From Halocafeteria seosinensis (Eukaryota), in the NCBI GenBank assembly GCA_001687465.1, contig LVLI01000194.1, positions 186,001-250,000 of the forward strand: a DNA stretch of 64,000 nucleotides, read 5' to 3'. The notes beneath the pieces were generated by a model, which was not told the DNA's origin, did not search any database, and worked only from the letters and a program-made list of their open reading frames with translations. This document shows, piece by piece, positions 40,401 through 52,587 of this stretch (position 1 is the stretch's first letter; each line of letters starts with the position of its first letter). The position numbers and the translations under genes are program-made.

Positions 40401-41004
40401 ATGGCTACGAGAGCACTATCACGTGTTATACACCAGCGGTACCTTAGAGTCCGGTATGAATGGTTTGCAGTCTCGTATATCTCTAGAAGACGCTTACTCT
40501 CTGCCTAATGAGGCGCATTTACCTTGTGTTGACATTCCTGATCGCTCATGGCTCTGCCAGGATGTAATGCGCTCTGATGTCACAAAAAAGTTTATACCCT
40601 GTGGATTTCCCACGATGGCTGCTCTTAAGGGCGCCCTCGGAGGAGATAGCAGAGATGGATATTTTAAGCATTCTTCTGAAGTACATGTCAATACCTCTCC
40701 ACAAGGAAACAGTTTGAATCCTCACACTTCAATGATGACTCAGTTGGCTGAACTTGCAAGTGAGAGAGGTGACTCTAAGGCCATGGATGGCAGCGCAGAA
40801 GTTACGCAATCCAAGCTCGCTGAGCTTCTGGCGTACGACAGCAACATCTGCATGATTCGACGCGGTGAATGCCTAGCTCATGCCTCTTGGGATCAGACTG
40901 TGTCCCGGCAAATTGAGGTTGAGGAACGACGTTTGGCAACACAGTTGGAAGCTATCGCTGTGGACGTTCTGCGTCGTCGGAGTATTGTCGAGGGGCAGTT
41001 GTGA
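34461..41004 (+). CDS. ~2,130-aa protein: PDZ-like N-terminus, degenerate PHD-like finger, CFP1/Spp1 (COMPASS)-type Cys/His C-terminal region (3 exons)
   Basis: Introns ~35230-35308 and ~35396-35466 join the ORFs. PDZ-like CGDVFMSVNDVSV and IGDILLAVDG. CESPACTQRAKLFSKFCSARCG, CGFP, ICMIRRGECLAHASWDQTVSRQIEVEERRL. One N at 35925 (codon CAN, cannot be a stop). Confidence 0.75.
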
Positions 41005-41206
41005 TCAAGTTCGTCAAACCAATGCTTCAGTTTGTGATTTTCCTTCAAACGCTTATCGCAACCAATGAAACAGTAAGCTTGCCCTTGTGGTTGCTTGTCC
41101 GCACAATATCATGCGTCAGACGATTTTCGGTATCTACCCAATAACTTTCAGTGCATGGAGCTTCCCATACGGCTAACAGAGGAAAGTGGACGAGTACTAC
41201 CCTCCC

Positions 41207-41236
41207 ACGTATCCCTGTAGGACGTATCCCTGTAGG
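41207..41236 (+). repeat. Perfect 2 x 15-bp tandem repeat ACGTATCCCTGTAGG
   Basis: Direct reading. Confidence 0.95.
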
Positions 41237-41514
41237 GTTTAGCTTCCTTGTGTGGTTGAAGTTTCTGTGAAGATTGGACAAAAAACTCAAATTTTCGATT
41301 CCTCGCCCTATCTACAGGGTCATCTGCGTTGATTGTTTTGTCATAAGTGCCACTTTGTTTCTGAAAAGCGTATTTTGTAATTAAACAGCGTACCTGGAGT
41401 GTATTTAACTTGTAGGGTAGGAGTAATTGAGCCCTGAAAGCGCAAAATCCAGAGTTTCAGTTCCTCTAGTTATCTTTCAATTCCTTCCCACACAGTACTC
41501 CGCAGTCGTCCAAA

Positions 41515-42426
41515 ATGGAGCTTTACAATGATGAAGACGACATTAGATACTCTTTTGCACTTACTATGACAAACTTTCTAGATGATGACAAAGAAAACAG
41601 AGCTATGGATCCACAAAACGAATTTTGTGAAGATGACCAACCTAGCGAGGAATCGAGGATCACGGAGGGGAATCATGAAGAAAATACTATCGCAATAGCA
41701 CCCTTATCGACGCCTCTTATTTCAATAACGAAAATACTGTTCACAGCCACGAAGATAGGGCTTCCCGCACCGACGGAGAAGGTGTTGAATATCAGAGGCA
41801 CTGAAGTGTTCCAAGCACTCGTCCGCGGGGAATTGACTTTTAGAGTGCTCCGTCAACATAATAGAACGCATCCCAAGACACTGGGAGTCATCGACCAAAC
41901 ACCTTTTAATGCCAGTTTGAGGTATATTCAAAAACTACTGGATACCGCAGAAACACCGTCTTGGATCACTCGGCATATACTTCAGCTCCTCACCGACTGT
42001 AAGGACGATACAACCGCACTACAACGCGAAGACGTCATCGGATTCCTCATCCTTCTGCGACACGTTGTCTGGGATATTTGGGGACAGATACATGTACACG
42101 ATCCCTACTGTCATCCAAGAGTGGATGACACTGTCCGAGATATGCTTACTTCAGCCATACATGCAACTTCCAAAGAGCTAGCCGGATTCCTTGAAACTTG
42201 GAGAGTAAGAAGTTGGAAGACTCATTTAGAGAGAATAGCAAGAGAAGCAGGATTCCTTCCAATTCCTCACACGAACCAGCAGTTTAAAGTAAACCATGGG
42301 AGTAAAGCTATCAATACCGAGGAAGTTGAGAATCCTCAAAGCAAAATGATCATGATGGAGCCAGGGCGTCGATCTCCACGTTTGAAGTCGCCAACTACGA
42401 AACATCCATGTACTCCCACATGGTGA
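41515..42426 (+). CDS. Intronless orphan, 303 aa
   Basis: Clean ORF with AAAATGG start context. Acidic N-terminus with KEN, helical core, RRSPRL near the C-terminus. Confidence 0.7.
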   Translation: MELYNDEDDIRYSFALTMTNFLDDDKENRAMDPQNEFCEDDQPSEESRITEGNHEENTIAIAPLSTPLISITKILFTATKIGLPAPTEKVLNIRGTEVFQALVRGELTFRVLRQHNRTHPKTLGVIDQTPFNASLRYIQKLLDTAETPSWITRHILQLLTDCKDDTTALQREDVIGFLILLRHVVWDIWGQIHVHDPYCHPRVDDTVRDMLTSAIHATSKELAGFLETWRVRSWKTHLERIAREAGFLPIPHTNQQFKVNHGSKAINTEEVENPQSKMIMMEPGRRSPRLKSPTTKHPCTPTW

Positions 42427-42676
42427 GGAATAGGTAGATAGTTCATATGTTAAACAAATTTAACTTGTTGGGGCAAACGAGGGTACTATCGGCATTTGAG
42501 TTTATAATACACACGAACAGCGATTGACAACAACAGCAATACCCGGATTTCGTGTGAAGTTGATCGAGGCGTCTACACGCAGCAACATAGAAGAAAGGAC
42601 ACAAGGAGAAGTATAGATAAGCCGTCAAGTGCTTCGTTAGTTATCGGCTTTTGGAGAATAGGTGGGATAAAGCACT

Positions 42677-44750
42677 ATGTCAAGTTCTGAGGAGCGCCCC
42701 CAGGAATGGGAGAAGTGGCTTGGAAGCTACGCTGCGGATTACGCTGCTGAGCACTCCATGTTGGTAAAGACGAAAGATTTCGCCCATTGGACTCCAGTTG
42801 GATTCACATTGCTCCCGCGTAAGGTAAGACTGGCCACCAGGGGACTTTGGACTGTGCCGACGGTATCATGTGGTGGTGTGGCTGGGTTCAGGTTTCTAAG
42901 GAATGCTATAGCCAAATGATGTCCTTGGCCGAACCTTTCAATCTTCTCGTGGATCGCGTCAGCAGGGATCACTCATGGCTCTTCCATACACTGGAGAGGT
43001 AAGGAGGGACTTCAGAGATACTGTTCACTATTTTTTCACCATCGCCAATTCCCCTGACAGAGCGGCTGAAGTGGATGAGTTTACCAAGAACTTACTAAGT
43101 ATCGCAAAGCGAGTTTCACGAGAAGGAGTTACTCAAGTATGCTGGCAGTGTTACGAAACTATTTAGCAAGCAAACTTTTGAAACTGGATCGGGTTATTTT
43201 CATCGATACAGCCAATCAACCTTGGGATCCACAGGTCAGACTACATGCTTCACTACAATGCCGGTACAGCGGAAGAGCGTCCATTGCAGGTACTATGCTT
43301 GATAGTCAACTCGATATGAGGGCAACATGGAGTTTGCAGTATTTCCTGCGATTCATTAAGATTGCAGGTTGAGCTGAATACCATCGCAGCTTCGTTTGGC
43401 TGCCTCATGACGAAATTATGCCAGTGGCACCGACATGTGCGTGAGCGGTTTTCCAGAGACTTTAACGAGATCAGAACCCATTTTGAGAAGGGCACCCTGG
43501 AAGAGAATAATGTCGTTAAAGAAATAGCTGGAGGGTTCACCGCAGCTAGAAAAGCATACGGAAGTGGAAGCTCAGAGTAAGTGAGCGCACATGTAGCACC
43601 TCCCGTCCGGAACACTTCACTCGTTCTGCAGAACTGCGATCTTGTTTGTCGTCCAGACCACGGAGAGGAATCTAATGGACCAACGGATATTAGAACATGA
43701 ACTGCACAACGAATACGCGATTCCTTGTCTTCGGTATTCGCTAAAGGAGTTACACCGTTTAGCGACGTTCGAAGATGGAAGGCTGATCCTTCCTGGAAAC
43801 GGAGGCAGTAGTCGAAAGTACGAGGTATCAGTAATATATTATCGCGCAGGGTAAGAATATAGGCTTGATAAGTTTTATCTTGTGGACGTGCGACTGTAGG
43901 TATTTGGGTTATAATTTCGCAGCTATTCCCCGGCTGACTACGAAGACGAAGCATGTTGGGAAATCAGGTATCAGCTGGAGCGTAGTCGTGCTATTAAGGT
44001 AGGAGGATGTCGATTCATCGCAACATACTCCTATATATGTTTGCTATTCCTTCCTGCGACCTTTCGAGCAGTGCCCGAACATCTTCTATCAGCTTGTCGG
44101 AGCCAAGAAAGTGCAGCAGGCGTTAGCGCAGAGAGAGACCCTTAGCAAGTTCATGGAAGAATCGTACCTCTCTCCCATGATGAATAGCTTTGCCGGGCTA
44201 TGGGGGTTGGGCGAAAACGAACAGGATGCAGGCACAGTATGTAATTGCCAGATAACATAGCTGTACAACCAAAGGAAGGGTTATGCCATTATTTTTCTGC
44301 TTTTTCAGACCGAGGCGATTGCGAGCGCAATCAAAAATCCGTCTTCCTACGTCTTGAAACCGCAACGGGAGGGCGGTGGCAATAATCTCTGGGGAGAGGA
44401 GATATCTAATGCCCTCAATAACTACAGTTCAGCCGAGCTGGCAGCCTATATCCTGATGGAGGTAAGGATATCATTGAGCAGCTTCATCATTCGATGTGCT
44501 ATCATCCCCTGGTCTATTCTTGCAGCGAATACGGCCTCGAGCTGAAACGGTATCGATGATACGAGACGGCAGTGTCAGTTCCGCTTCTGCAATATCTGAG
44601 GTCGGCATTTTCGGTATATACCTCGCAGGAGAGAGTGATATCATCTTGAACCACCCGGGAGGGCACCTAATCCGAACAAAAGGTGAAACAGTAGACGAAG
44701 GCGGAGTCAACACGGGATTCGCTGTTCTGGATTCTGCGCTATTGGGCTGA
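42677..44750 (+). CDS. GSS: Eukaryotic glutathione synthetase (10 exons)
   Basis: [77 protein letters not shown]. Confidence 0.96.
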
Positions 44751-44835
44751 ATGGTTCGTGTCCGATTGCTCCTTCTCGGCCTTTCCCTCGCCATATACTT
44801 CCACGATATCCGATTCATTAAGTCAACTCTAAGTG

Positions 44836-45633
44836 TTACCACACGCACCATTCGTATACTGGGCCAACATTGTTCCCACTCAGATTGCTCACTTCGATAA
44901 TTTCTATAGGAGCCTTGACATAGCCCAATTCCTGAAGATCATTCAAACGGGCTTCCTCCGAAATAAACGTTTCCGTCATTCGGTGAGGGCAATCGCTGCA
45001 AGATATTAGACCCCCTACGTACAAGGGAATGTTGAAATACATTCATGTAGTCCCATACTTCTTGCTTAAGACTAACAAAAGCGGCACATGTTGCATGTTG
45101 CTCCCTTGACAGAGCTCATATAATCGCGCAATGCTTTGTCCCAGTTGAGGTGGGTTGGCTATGTCCACCACGAACTGCGCACCACGTGCATAACTATAAT
45201 TGCAGTTAATTCCCCTAGGAATTCGCCAAACCACGTACAATGATTTTGTTGGCACTCTCTACATAGTCCGGCCACAGTGTATGCAAGCTTCCTCCCACTT
45301 CTCGTATACAAACAGTCTTCCTCTTGGTTTTCAAAAAATCTACCTCTTGTCCAGACTGCATCATTAGAACCACGACATATCTATCTGCTGCTGTTAGTAC
45401 ACAACAGACTTCTTGCTTACCGTCGGCATAGTTTCTGTCGGCACGAATTCCTCCGTCTTCGCCCCTACATGCTGCGTCCTCTTCCGATGGTGGTCTGTGG
45501 GCAAGCAAACATGCATGTACACACGCTCACGGGGGCTACGGCTTGGAGACACTATACCTTTGAGTCTTTGCACCAGGAGGGATTTTCCTGTTCCGGGACA
45601 CCCTAAAATCAGGCATTCTGAATCCGTCGCCAT
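44836..45633 (-). CDS. ARL16: ARF-like small GTPase ARL16 (5 exons)
   Basis: CLILGCPGTGKSLLVQRL, TMPT, the ARL16-type REVGG switch II instead of DVGGQ, WPDY, FVVD. Confidence 0.8.
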
Positions 45634-45882
45634 CGTCTCTCCCTGTTGAGTTTGCTCGTCATAACACACCGACAAATCTATCGCGTTACACCTTATACAA
45701 GCCTGCCGTCTGGCCGTGCCGGGGCTGTGGAAGACCCTCTCAGGGTGGGTTGTTGAAGTACTGACTACTACCACCATACCGGTATATTACTGCATAGATG
45801 ACGGCCACCACATGGTATTGTCATCTACCACTGGGTACTAGCAAAATAAACCCCGAAATAGATAGGTAGGTAGTTGTGGTCA

Positions 45883-46953
45883 ATGAGTGGAACTCCCGGA
45901 CGCTTACCACCGGCGGTGGTTTGCTACATTTGTGGACGACAATATGGAACCAAGTCAATTGACGTACGTACAAAGCATTTTTATCCACGCTTTTCACTGA
46001 TGTATCTCAAGGAATTGATGGCAATGAGGAATGACTGCAGATTCACATCAAACAGTGCCAGAAAAAGTTCCTGCAACAAGAAGCGCATAAGCCCAAGGGG
46101 CAAAGGAGACCGTTGCCGCAACCACCTTCGTCTTTTCAAAGCAATGGTGGTGGGGGCGTCCAAGGAAGCCCCGGAGGACGCCCGCAAACTGCCCCACAAG
46201 GCAATGGAGCGACGGGTTGGTCCCCTGCTGAACTCCAAGCTCGCAACGAAGCGGCGATGAAGACGTTCAACGAAGAGAGCTTGCAGAAATGTGAGAACTG
46301 GTACGTCCATGGGTAGAGTTACCCGTCATCTTTGCTCATCCAGAATTTACTTTACCGAGCGCTGCAGCGGGCGAACCTTTCTACCTGATAGGTTAGCAGT
46401 TCACCAACGCTCATGCACTGCGGAGCGAGCAGCAAAATCTATCGAAGAGATGAAACGAGGAGGCGGTACGGGAGGAGCTGTAGGTGTAAGTTGTGTAGTT
46501 AACATTCCGTTTATTTTTAATTAATGTGGGTAGCACTTAAGCGTACAGGCCAAGGCAGTGTATTCGCCTCCTAGGCCTAGTACCAGTTCAAGTGGACGAA
46601 GTCCCTCGAGTAACCAACGAAGCAGACCTCTTAGTAGCAGTGCCGGCGCTGGTTCAATTAAATCACTAAAACAACATTCAACTCACAAAGACCCATCAAA
46701 TGAAGATCTGTCGAGTGGAAGGAAAGAATTCGGCGCCCTCAGTATTAGTGAATCCAAGCCAGAACGATCCTCCCCGATTGACAAAGCGTCTCCTGCTCGC
46801 TCCGGGGAGGATTTAGAAAAAGATAGGCTGTGGTCAATCGTCGAAGTCATTGAGGGCAGGCTAGAAAGTGGGGAGAAAACATTGGTTCAACTAGCCAGAC
46901 AGCTAAGAGAAACTCGAGAGGCGGTAAATTCGCTGAAAGAGATGATCCGATGA
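45883..46953 (+). CDS. C2HC zinc-finger protein, ZNF474-like (4 exons)
   Basis: VVCYICGRQYGTKSIDIHIKQC and CENCGRTFLPDRLAVHQRSC. Confidence 0.85.
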
Positions 46954-47016
46954 GGGTTCTCGACATCCTGACGGTAGCCGAAACCCCTGTATACTTGATA
47001 AATAATGCAACCCAAC

Positions 47017-48330
47017 TTATATGGATAAAGTGTTAAACTCTTCGCCAATGTCAGTCTCGGGTTTAGTTTTCCTGGAAGGCTTAAATCCTTCGTCTTCAAT
47101 CTGCTTGGCTAGCTTACGCTTTTGTTTGTTAGACAACTTGCCATGTGGACCCACGCTGCAAAGTACAATAGAGTTAGAAGAATGGAAAATTTCCACAGGA
47201 TAAGGTTTCCTTAACTTACCCTTTGATGCCTTTTGTCGTTGCAAATTCAATCATTGTTTCCGCATCAACACCTAGTTTGGGGGCAACAGCAAAACCATCT
47301 TTCGAGGGTGCCCGTGTAGCAGAATTTTCAGAGGGGGGTCCTGTATCTTCATGGTTTAAGAGATGTTCGATAACTTTACCGGAATCTTGATGCATTTCAC
47401 TAAGAAGCCTTCTAACCTCCTCCAACGAAGAACACCCTGTACTAGACATGATCATCTTCTCTACAGATGTGGCTTCCTTTGAACTTGAGCTTTGCGAGAC
47501 TGAACGATCCTCCTTAACATCTGCTACTTTGGTATCTATCTTCTTAACACTATCGTAATGCTCTCCACACATATAAACCAGATGAATGTCTCGCTCTGGT
47601 TTCCCGTCTCCGCATGAGATCTCCCAGTTCATACCATCCACTTGATGCACGACAATACGGGCTTTGAACACTTGACCCGCTGCTACAAGTTCAATGTTTC
47701 CAGCCCACTGGCCTTCTTTATACATTCTCCGAACATATCTGTAGAGATGATTCTTTCGTTATCAAAACTAACCCCTATTTGATCCCATGAGTCCCCACAT
47801 ACCTTTCCCATGGTTCATCATCCTCCAGAAACGGACGGAAGTCGTCCTCGTTCCCCTTGACATGATTCACCTGCATCTCCACAATTTAATGAATCCCACC
47901 ATTTCGTCCCCATAGAGTTTTCTGGTCGGTCGTCTATCCCGTACCACTTGACTTCTCAGGTCATGGTGATATATTTCACTACCATATAGCTGATGCGATA
48001 GTGCCCTAAAGAGACAATTACCATCCCCCGTCACGTCGTACAAATCTAGACCTTTCTCCCGAAGCGAGGCTCTAATGCTCTTCTCCTCAGCTTCCTGCAG
48101 AGTTCGAGGATACAGGTGATTGATTCCTACTGAGACTTCGTGCGTAAAACAGTTGGCTTCGGGCTTACTTGTTTGACCTCCTTCTTATGACGAGACTTCC
48201 GTTTGGTGGGCTCTCGTTTCTCTGACTCTTGCTGCTGGTCGTCACGCGACTTAGCGGATGAGGATTCTTTACCTGCTGATCTCCTCTCTCCGGACTTCTT
48301 TTGGTCTCCGGTCCCTCGCTTTTTACCCAT
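47017..48330 (-). CDS. OTU-domain deubiquitinase, OTUD3-like (5 exons)
   Basis: GDGNCLFRALSHQLYG, WAGNIELVA, GEHYDSV, followed by a UBA/CUE-like helical segment (IMSSTGC..VRRLL..VIEHLL). Confidence 0.9.
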
Positions 48331-48716
48331 CGCGGCGATGACCAAGTGACCTTCGTACGACCATGATGCACTAGCGACTCATCAAACTAGTTCTATAGCA
48401 TAAGATTCTAAAGTGCACATGTGGTACAAATGGCCCGAATATTCAACGAGTGGTCCTTTTGATAGGTATCGACCTGCTCACCTGGTTGATCCACCAAGCT
48501 TCACACACGCGAAGTAACATAATTGCTTCAACATTTGAGGATAAGATCGGAACAGTAAGTATTTCTTGTTTAAGCTGAATTGTTCCTTTCGACAAGCATC
48601 GAGCTTCTTGTGGTGATGTGAGTTCATGTGGATGCATTAATAAGGGTAATGTACCGCAAGGCTCAACTGGAATCACGATGAAGGAAACCCAGCAACACAT
48701 TAATAACTAGGGTCTA

Positions 48717-49816
48717 CTAGTGACTGTCTAAAATTGTTCTTACAATACCAATAATCCCACTGAAGAGGCCGCAGCCAATGTCTACACTGTCAGGTACTAA
48801 CTCCGAGAAATACAAGGCTGGAGGAAGACTTTGACCGCAATCTAACAAGCATTTCAGTGTGTTCAAGCACGCCGAAACATATGCCTGTTGGCGCACGTGC
48901 AGCTTATGTGACGCGTAGGTGATGCTTTGGCTGTAATCCCCTAGTTTGTGGGGATCTTCGGCCTCGACCACTCTGGCATGCCCTGCTGCATGGTCTTTCC
49001 GAGACAAGCGGTGATGGTATTCCTCTTTAGCTTCTTGTAGCTTTTTTTTCGTCTTCTTCATTTTTTCTAAAGCCTCGGTTAGCCTGATTACGCATGTAAG
49101 AGCCCATGTAAGCTCCACAGCTCGGGGGAACCAAGATGGGAGATTCTGTAGTGAGAGAGAGAGAGAGAGAGAAGACAGTTAGTCAAAGAACCAGTATTAT
49201 ATTTCTTCTTAGTTGCTTACTCTCTGCTCCAATACTTGGCTCTTCTTTAAGGCATTTATCTGCAATGATAGTTACGTATAGTACGGCGTGACCTCAGAAA
49301 ATAAAACGGAAATCTTACATCATCGATAACTTCAGAAACGGCGTCGATTCCATCGGTTGTAAGCTGCAGTGCTGTTTTCGAATCCGTGAGTATATCGTCC
49401 TTCTTGCCAGATAACGAAGACACTCCCTTGAGGAATCTGTCCACAGTATCTATTGAAGAGCCTACGGTGAACAGAGCTCGGCTAATGGATAGATTCTTAG
49501 CCGCACCACTCCATCTCTCGGTATGATCGCTCTTGCTCTTGAATTTTAGTCTCCAGACGTGTAGTTTGATCAAATATTGCACAACCTTCAACACTTTGCT
49601 CCTCCATGAGTAGTCATTGGCCGTCAGGGAGAGCAGCAACGCAATCGTCGATACAGGTTTCGGAGGGTTGGGTGTTTCATCGAAGGTCGTATTACCATGT
49701 CCATCGGTATTCGGTTGCCCGTGAGTAGCATGCTGCGCTGAATATCCCTCTTGCTTATGTGATTCAGCATCCTTGGACGATGAGGTATGGTCATGATTCG
49801 TCGGAGCCGCAGCCAT
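48717..49816 (-). CDS. PEX11: PEX11-family peroxisomal protein (3 exons)
   Basis: RSKVLKVVQY, NLSISRALF, and C-terminal LKCLLD...GCGLFSGIIGI fit the PEX11 pattern. Confidence 0.75.
49153..49172 (+). repeat. (GA)10 microsatellite, reading as a (TC)10 pyrimidine tract in the last PEX11 intron
   Basis: Direct reading; directly precedes the ACTACAG acceptor on the minus strand. Confidence 0.95.
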
Positions 49817-50255
49817 CTTTGCTTCCGGCCGTATCTGACTTCTCTCCCTCCCTCCGATGTTACAGACACAGAGAGACAACCCACTGCTTTGTTCTTTCCA
49901 TACAAATCATATTGGATGAAACCATGGTGTGGAATATACCGTGTATACACTGGAGCCTGTATGGTAGCGTACAGTCTCTCGCAGCTTCACAACACGGTGA
50001 ATCGAGGATCATACGACAATCTTTTATCGTAGGAAGTTAAAGGACAAATAACTTCGCCCCAGAGATCATGCTAGGGTCGTTCCATCGCTTCCGATTGTCT
50101 TGGTAGTTGGCCCTGGATAGATAGGTTGCGCTTGTTCTGCACCCAGCTCTCTTGGCCGAGTACCCCAACAGCGACAAGCAACCATTCCCACAGAGGCGGA
50201 CCGACGCTGCTGCTGCAGAAGAAGAAGAAAGAGCGTGATAGAGGAGCCTCCAACA

Positions 50256-51297
50256 ATGTCAGCACAAGGGAAGAGAAAGTCAGAAGGTAAAGGAAGGAGC
50301 AGTAAGGGCGGCAAGAGGACAGGTGCTGCTGCTTCAGTGGAGCCCGATACAGTAGTGGCCTTGTATGAGCAACTTCTAAGTAAGTTGGGGCGAAGACGAA
50401 GCCATCTGCATGATGTCACTACAAGCGTGGAAATGCAGAAGAAGCCGCTGAAGAAAGGAAAGAAGATGGTGAGGAAGGCGAATATCGCCGAGATGATGAC
50501 TTAGATGTGTATGGTATTTTCAAACTTGCTGAGAAGCTCGAAACAAGTCCTCAAGAAGACGTAAGATCTTGCAAGCATGGCGTATGTGTTCGAGCATCCT
50601 AATAACGGTTCCCTTGGAAAAATGGGCAGATTGATATTTTGATCTTTTCTTGGGCCGGGGGTGCCGAGAAGGGCTCCACAATATCGAAGGAGGAATTTAA
50701 GAAAGCAATGGAGTACTTCGAGTGCGTAGCAACATCTTAGAAACTCTCGCGGGCGAAATTAATATTCTGCTTCTCTGCAGTGTTGAAGATGTGAAATCAC
50801 TGAAGACTGCCCTAGCCAACACGAAGAACGAAATACTCAATGATGAAAGGCAATTTCGATCCTTTTTCAAGAAAGCTCACAAACGTAAGTGATAGGTAAT
50901 GTTTGAACTTTACCTCTCATTTAGGTTAATGACTAAAGCGTTGCAGTCAACTGTGAACCGGGTCTCAAATGGATTCCGAAAGAAGTTGCAGTTCCACTGC
51001 TAAAGCTGATTTTTCAGTGGCACGAGCATGCTCATTTAGACCAATTTTGTGAATTCCTGGAGTCATCTGCTGGCAGTGAATACTCGCGCATTAAACCTGA
51101 CGAATGGGAGCAGTTTCTCGCATTGGATAAAGTCAAACACGACTGCAGCGACTACAGCGAGGAGTCCGCAAGTAAGGTGGCCGTCCACTGCTGCTGCTGA
51201 GATGAACACCGCTACATTCTTGTTCTTTGCAGTGCCGATAATATATGATGACTATGCTAGCTGGGTACAAAAGGGGAAGCCAGAAGCTTCGTCCTAA
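50256..51297 (+). CDS. DCN1-like cullin neddylation E3 (6 exons), basic N-terminus, no UBA
   Basis: Spliced: DVYGIFKLAEKLETSPQEDIDILIFSW..ISKEEF..FRSFF..FCEFL..IKPDEWEQFL..DYSEESAMPIIYDDYASW (PONY domain pattern). Confidence 0.8.
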
Positions 51298-51300
51298 TCA

Positions 51301-52418
51301 TCAATTTGAAGGATAAGAAGCATAGGCCTCTCGATGCTCATCCTCGCGCATGTTTGTCCCGGCGTCTATCTCTTGTGAGTGGAATTGTCCACGCCACCCA
51401 TAGCCCGCGCCTCGACTGACTTCGTTCTCTAGCTCGTGGCTGGGGTCCCAATTCAGCGAGGTATTTTCTCTTCTTCTGTAATGCTCGAGCAGTTGAATTC
51501 CGCTTCGAAATCCTGCCAAGGACCCTATCAGCTGCCGAGTATCTGAGCTGAAATTATCATAGAAGGGTGAACGTTCGCTTGAGTCGCCATGAGGGAATTC
51601 GTCTTTGTTTCCCTTCCTAGCTGAGTCTAACGTGGATCTGGTTCTGTGTTCTCTAGAAAATGACGACATGCTCTGCTCATGTCCCAATGCCTCGTAAAAA
51701 GCTCTAGTCTTTCCCTGGGGATATAGCCTTGATAGTCGGTAATCCTTTCTTGACTTGTCAACCTGATTTTGTCCTGCGTGCTTCATATAGTCTTGGATAT
51801 TGTTTGATTTGAACACTTCTCTATTCTTGTCCGACACTCTGTTGAACTTATTTGACACCCGATTTCGTCGAAGTGTCTGAAGGTAGTTGGCGCCACTGTT
51901 GTCTGCTGCTCGCCTCAAAGACATCTCACCACTTTCCCAACCGGCGTACTTTGCTGTTAACTGTCCCCTCGAGAAACGCAAAAGAGAAACACACTCAATG
52001 AGAGAATCGTGAGACACGAGAAGTACCGTCTTTACTTACTTCCTTGTGTCGTCGATAAGCCTCCTTGGACACCTGCTTCAGAGGAACCGTGACTCGCACT
52101 TTGTTGTGCGCTTCCTCGCTGTGTACTTTTGGTGGGTGATCGGTGAGCACAGGCTTCCTGTTCTCTGTCGTCATGCATCTTGGCGGCTTTCTCAAATCCC
52201 TAGGATCCACTACATAACTCTGCACCTCGTACAGAGAATCCGGTAGCTTTTCCTGGGTGCACCAGTACGGTGCTCCCGTTTCAACGTCAACCATATGTTT
52301 GGTTTGGTCGACGAAATCTGAAGCGATCTAAACATTAACTAACGGTCTCGCCACCGAGTTTCGCATGTTATCTAGTGTAACAAGTATGTTATTTCTTTGT
52401 ACTACAGGTAAACACCAT
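51301..52418 (-). CDS. Orphan hydrophilic protein (2-3 exons; start uncertain)
   Basis: ORFs 51995-52294 and 51301-52017 join through a GTAAGT..GACAG intron. Possible first mini-exon from ATG at 52418. Confidence 0.6.
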
Positions 52419-52587
52419 GCGTTATGCAAAACCGGGCTAATAAATTTGGCGCGAAGAGAACTTCACAAATATCGCGAGCTTCACAAGAAACCATATTGGC
52501 GAATGGAAAGGGCAATAATGTAGGTATTCAGTTGAGATGATTGACTATTGCAACGAAAGTAGTTTAGGATGCCTTCAGAGCAAAACA

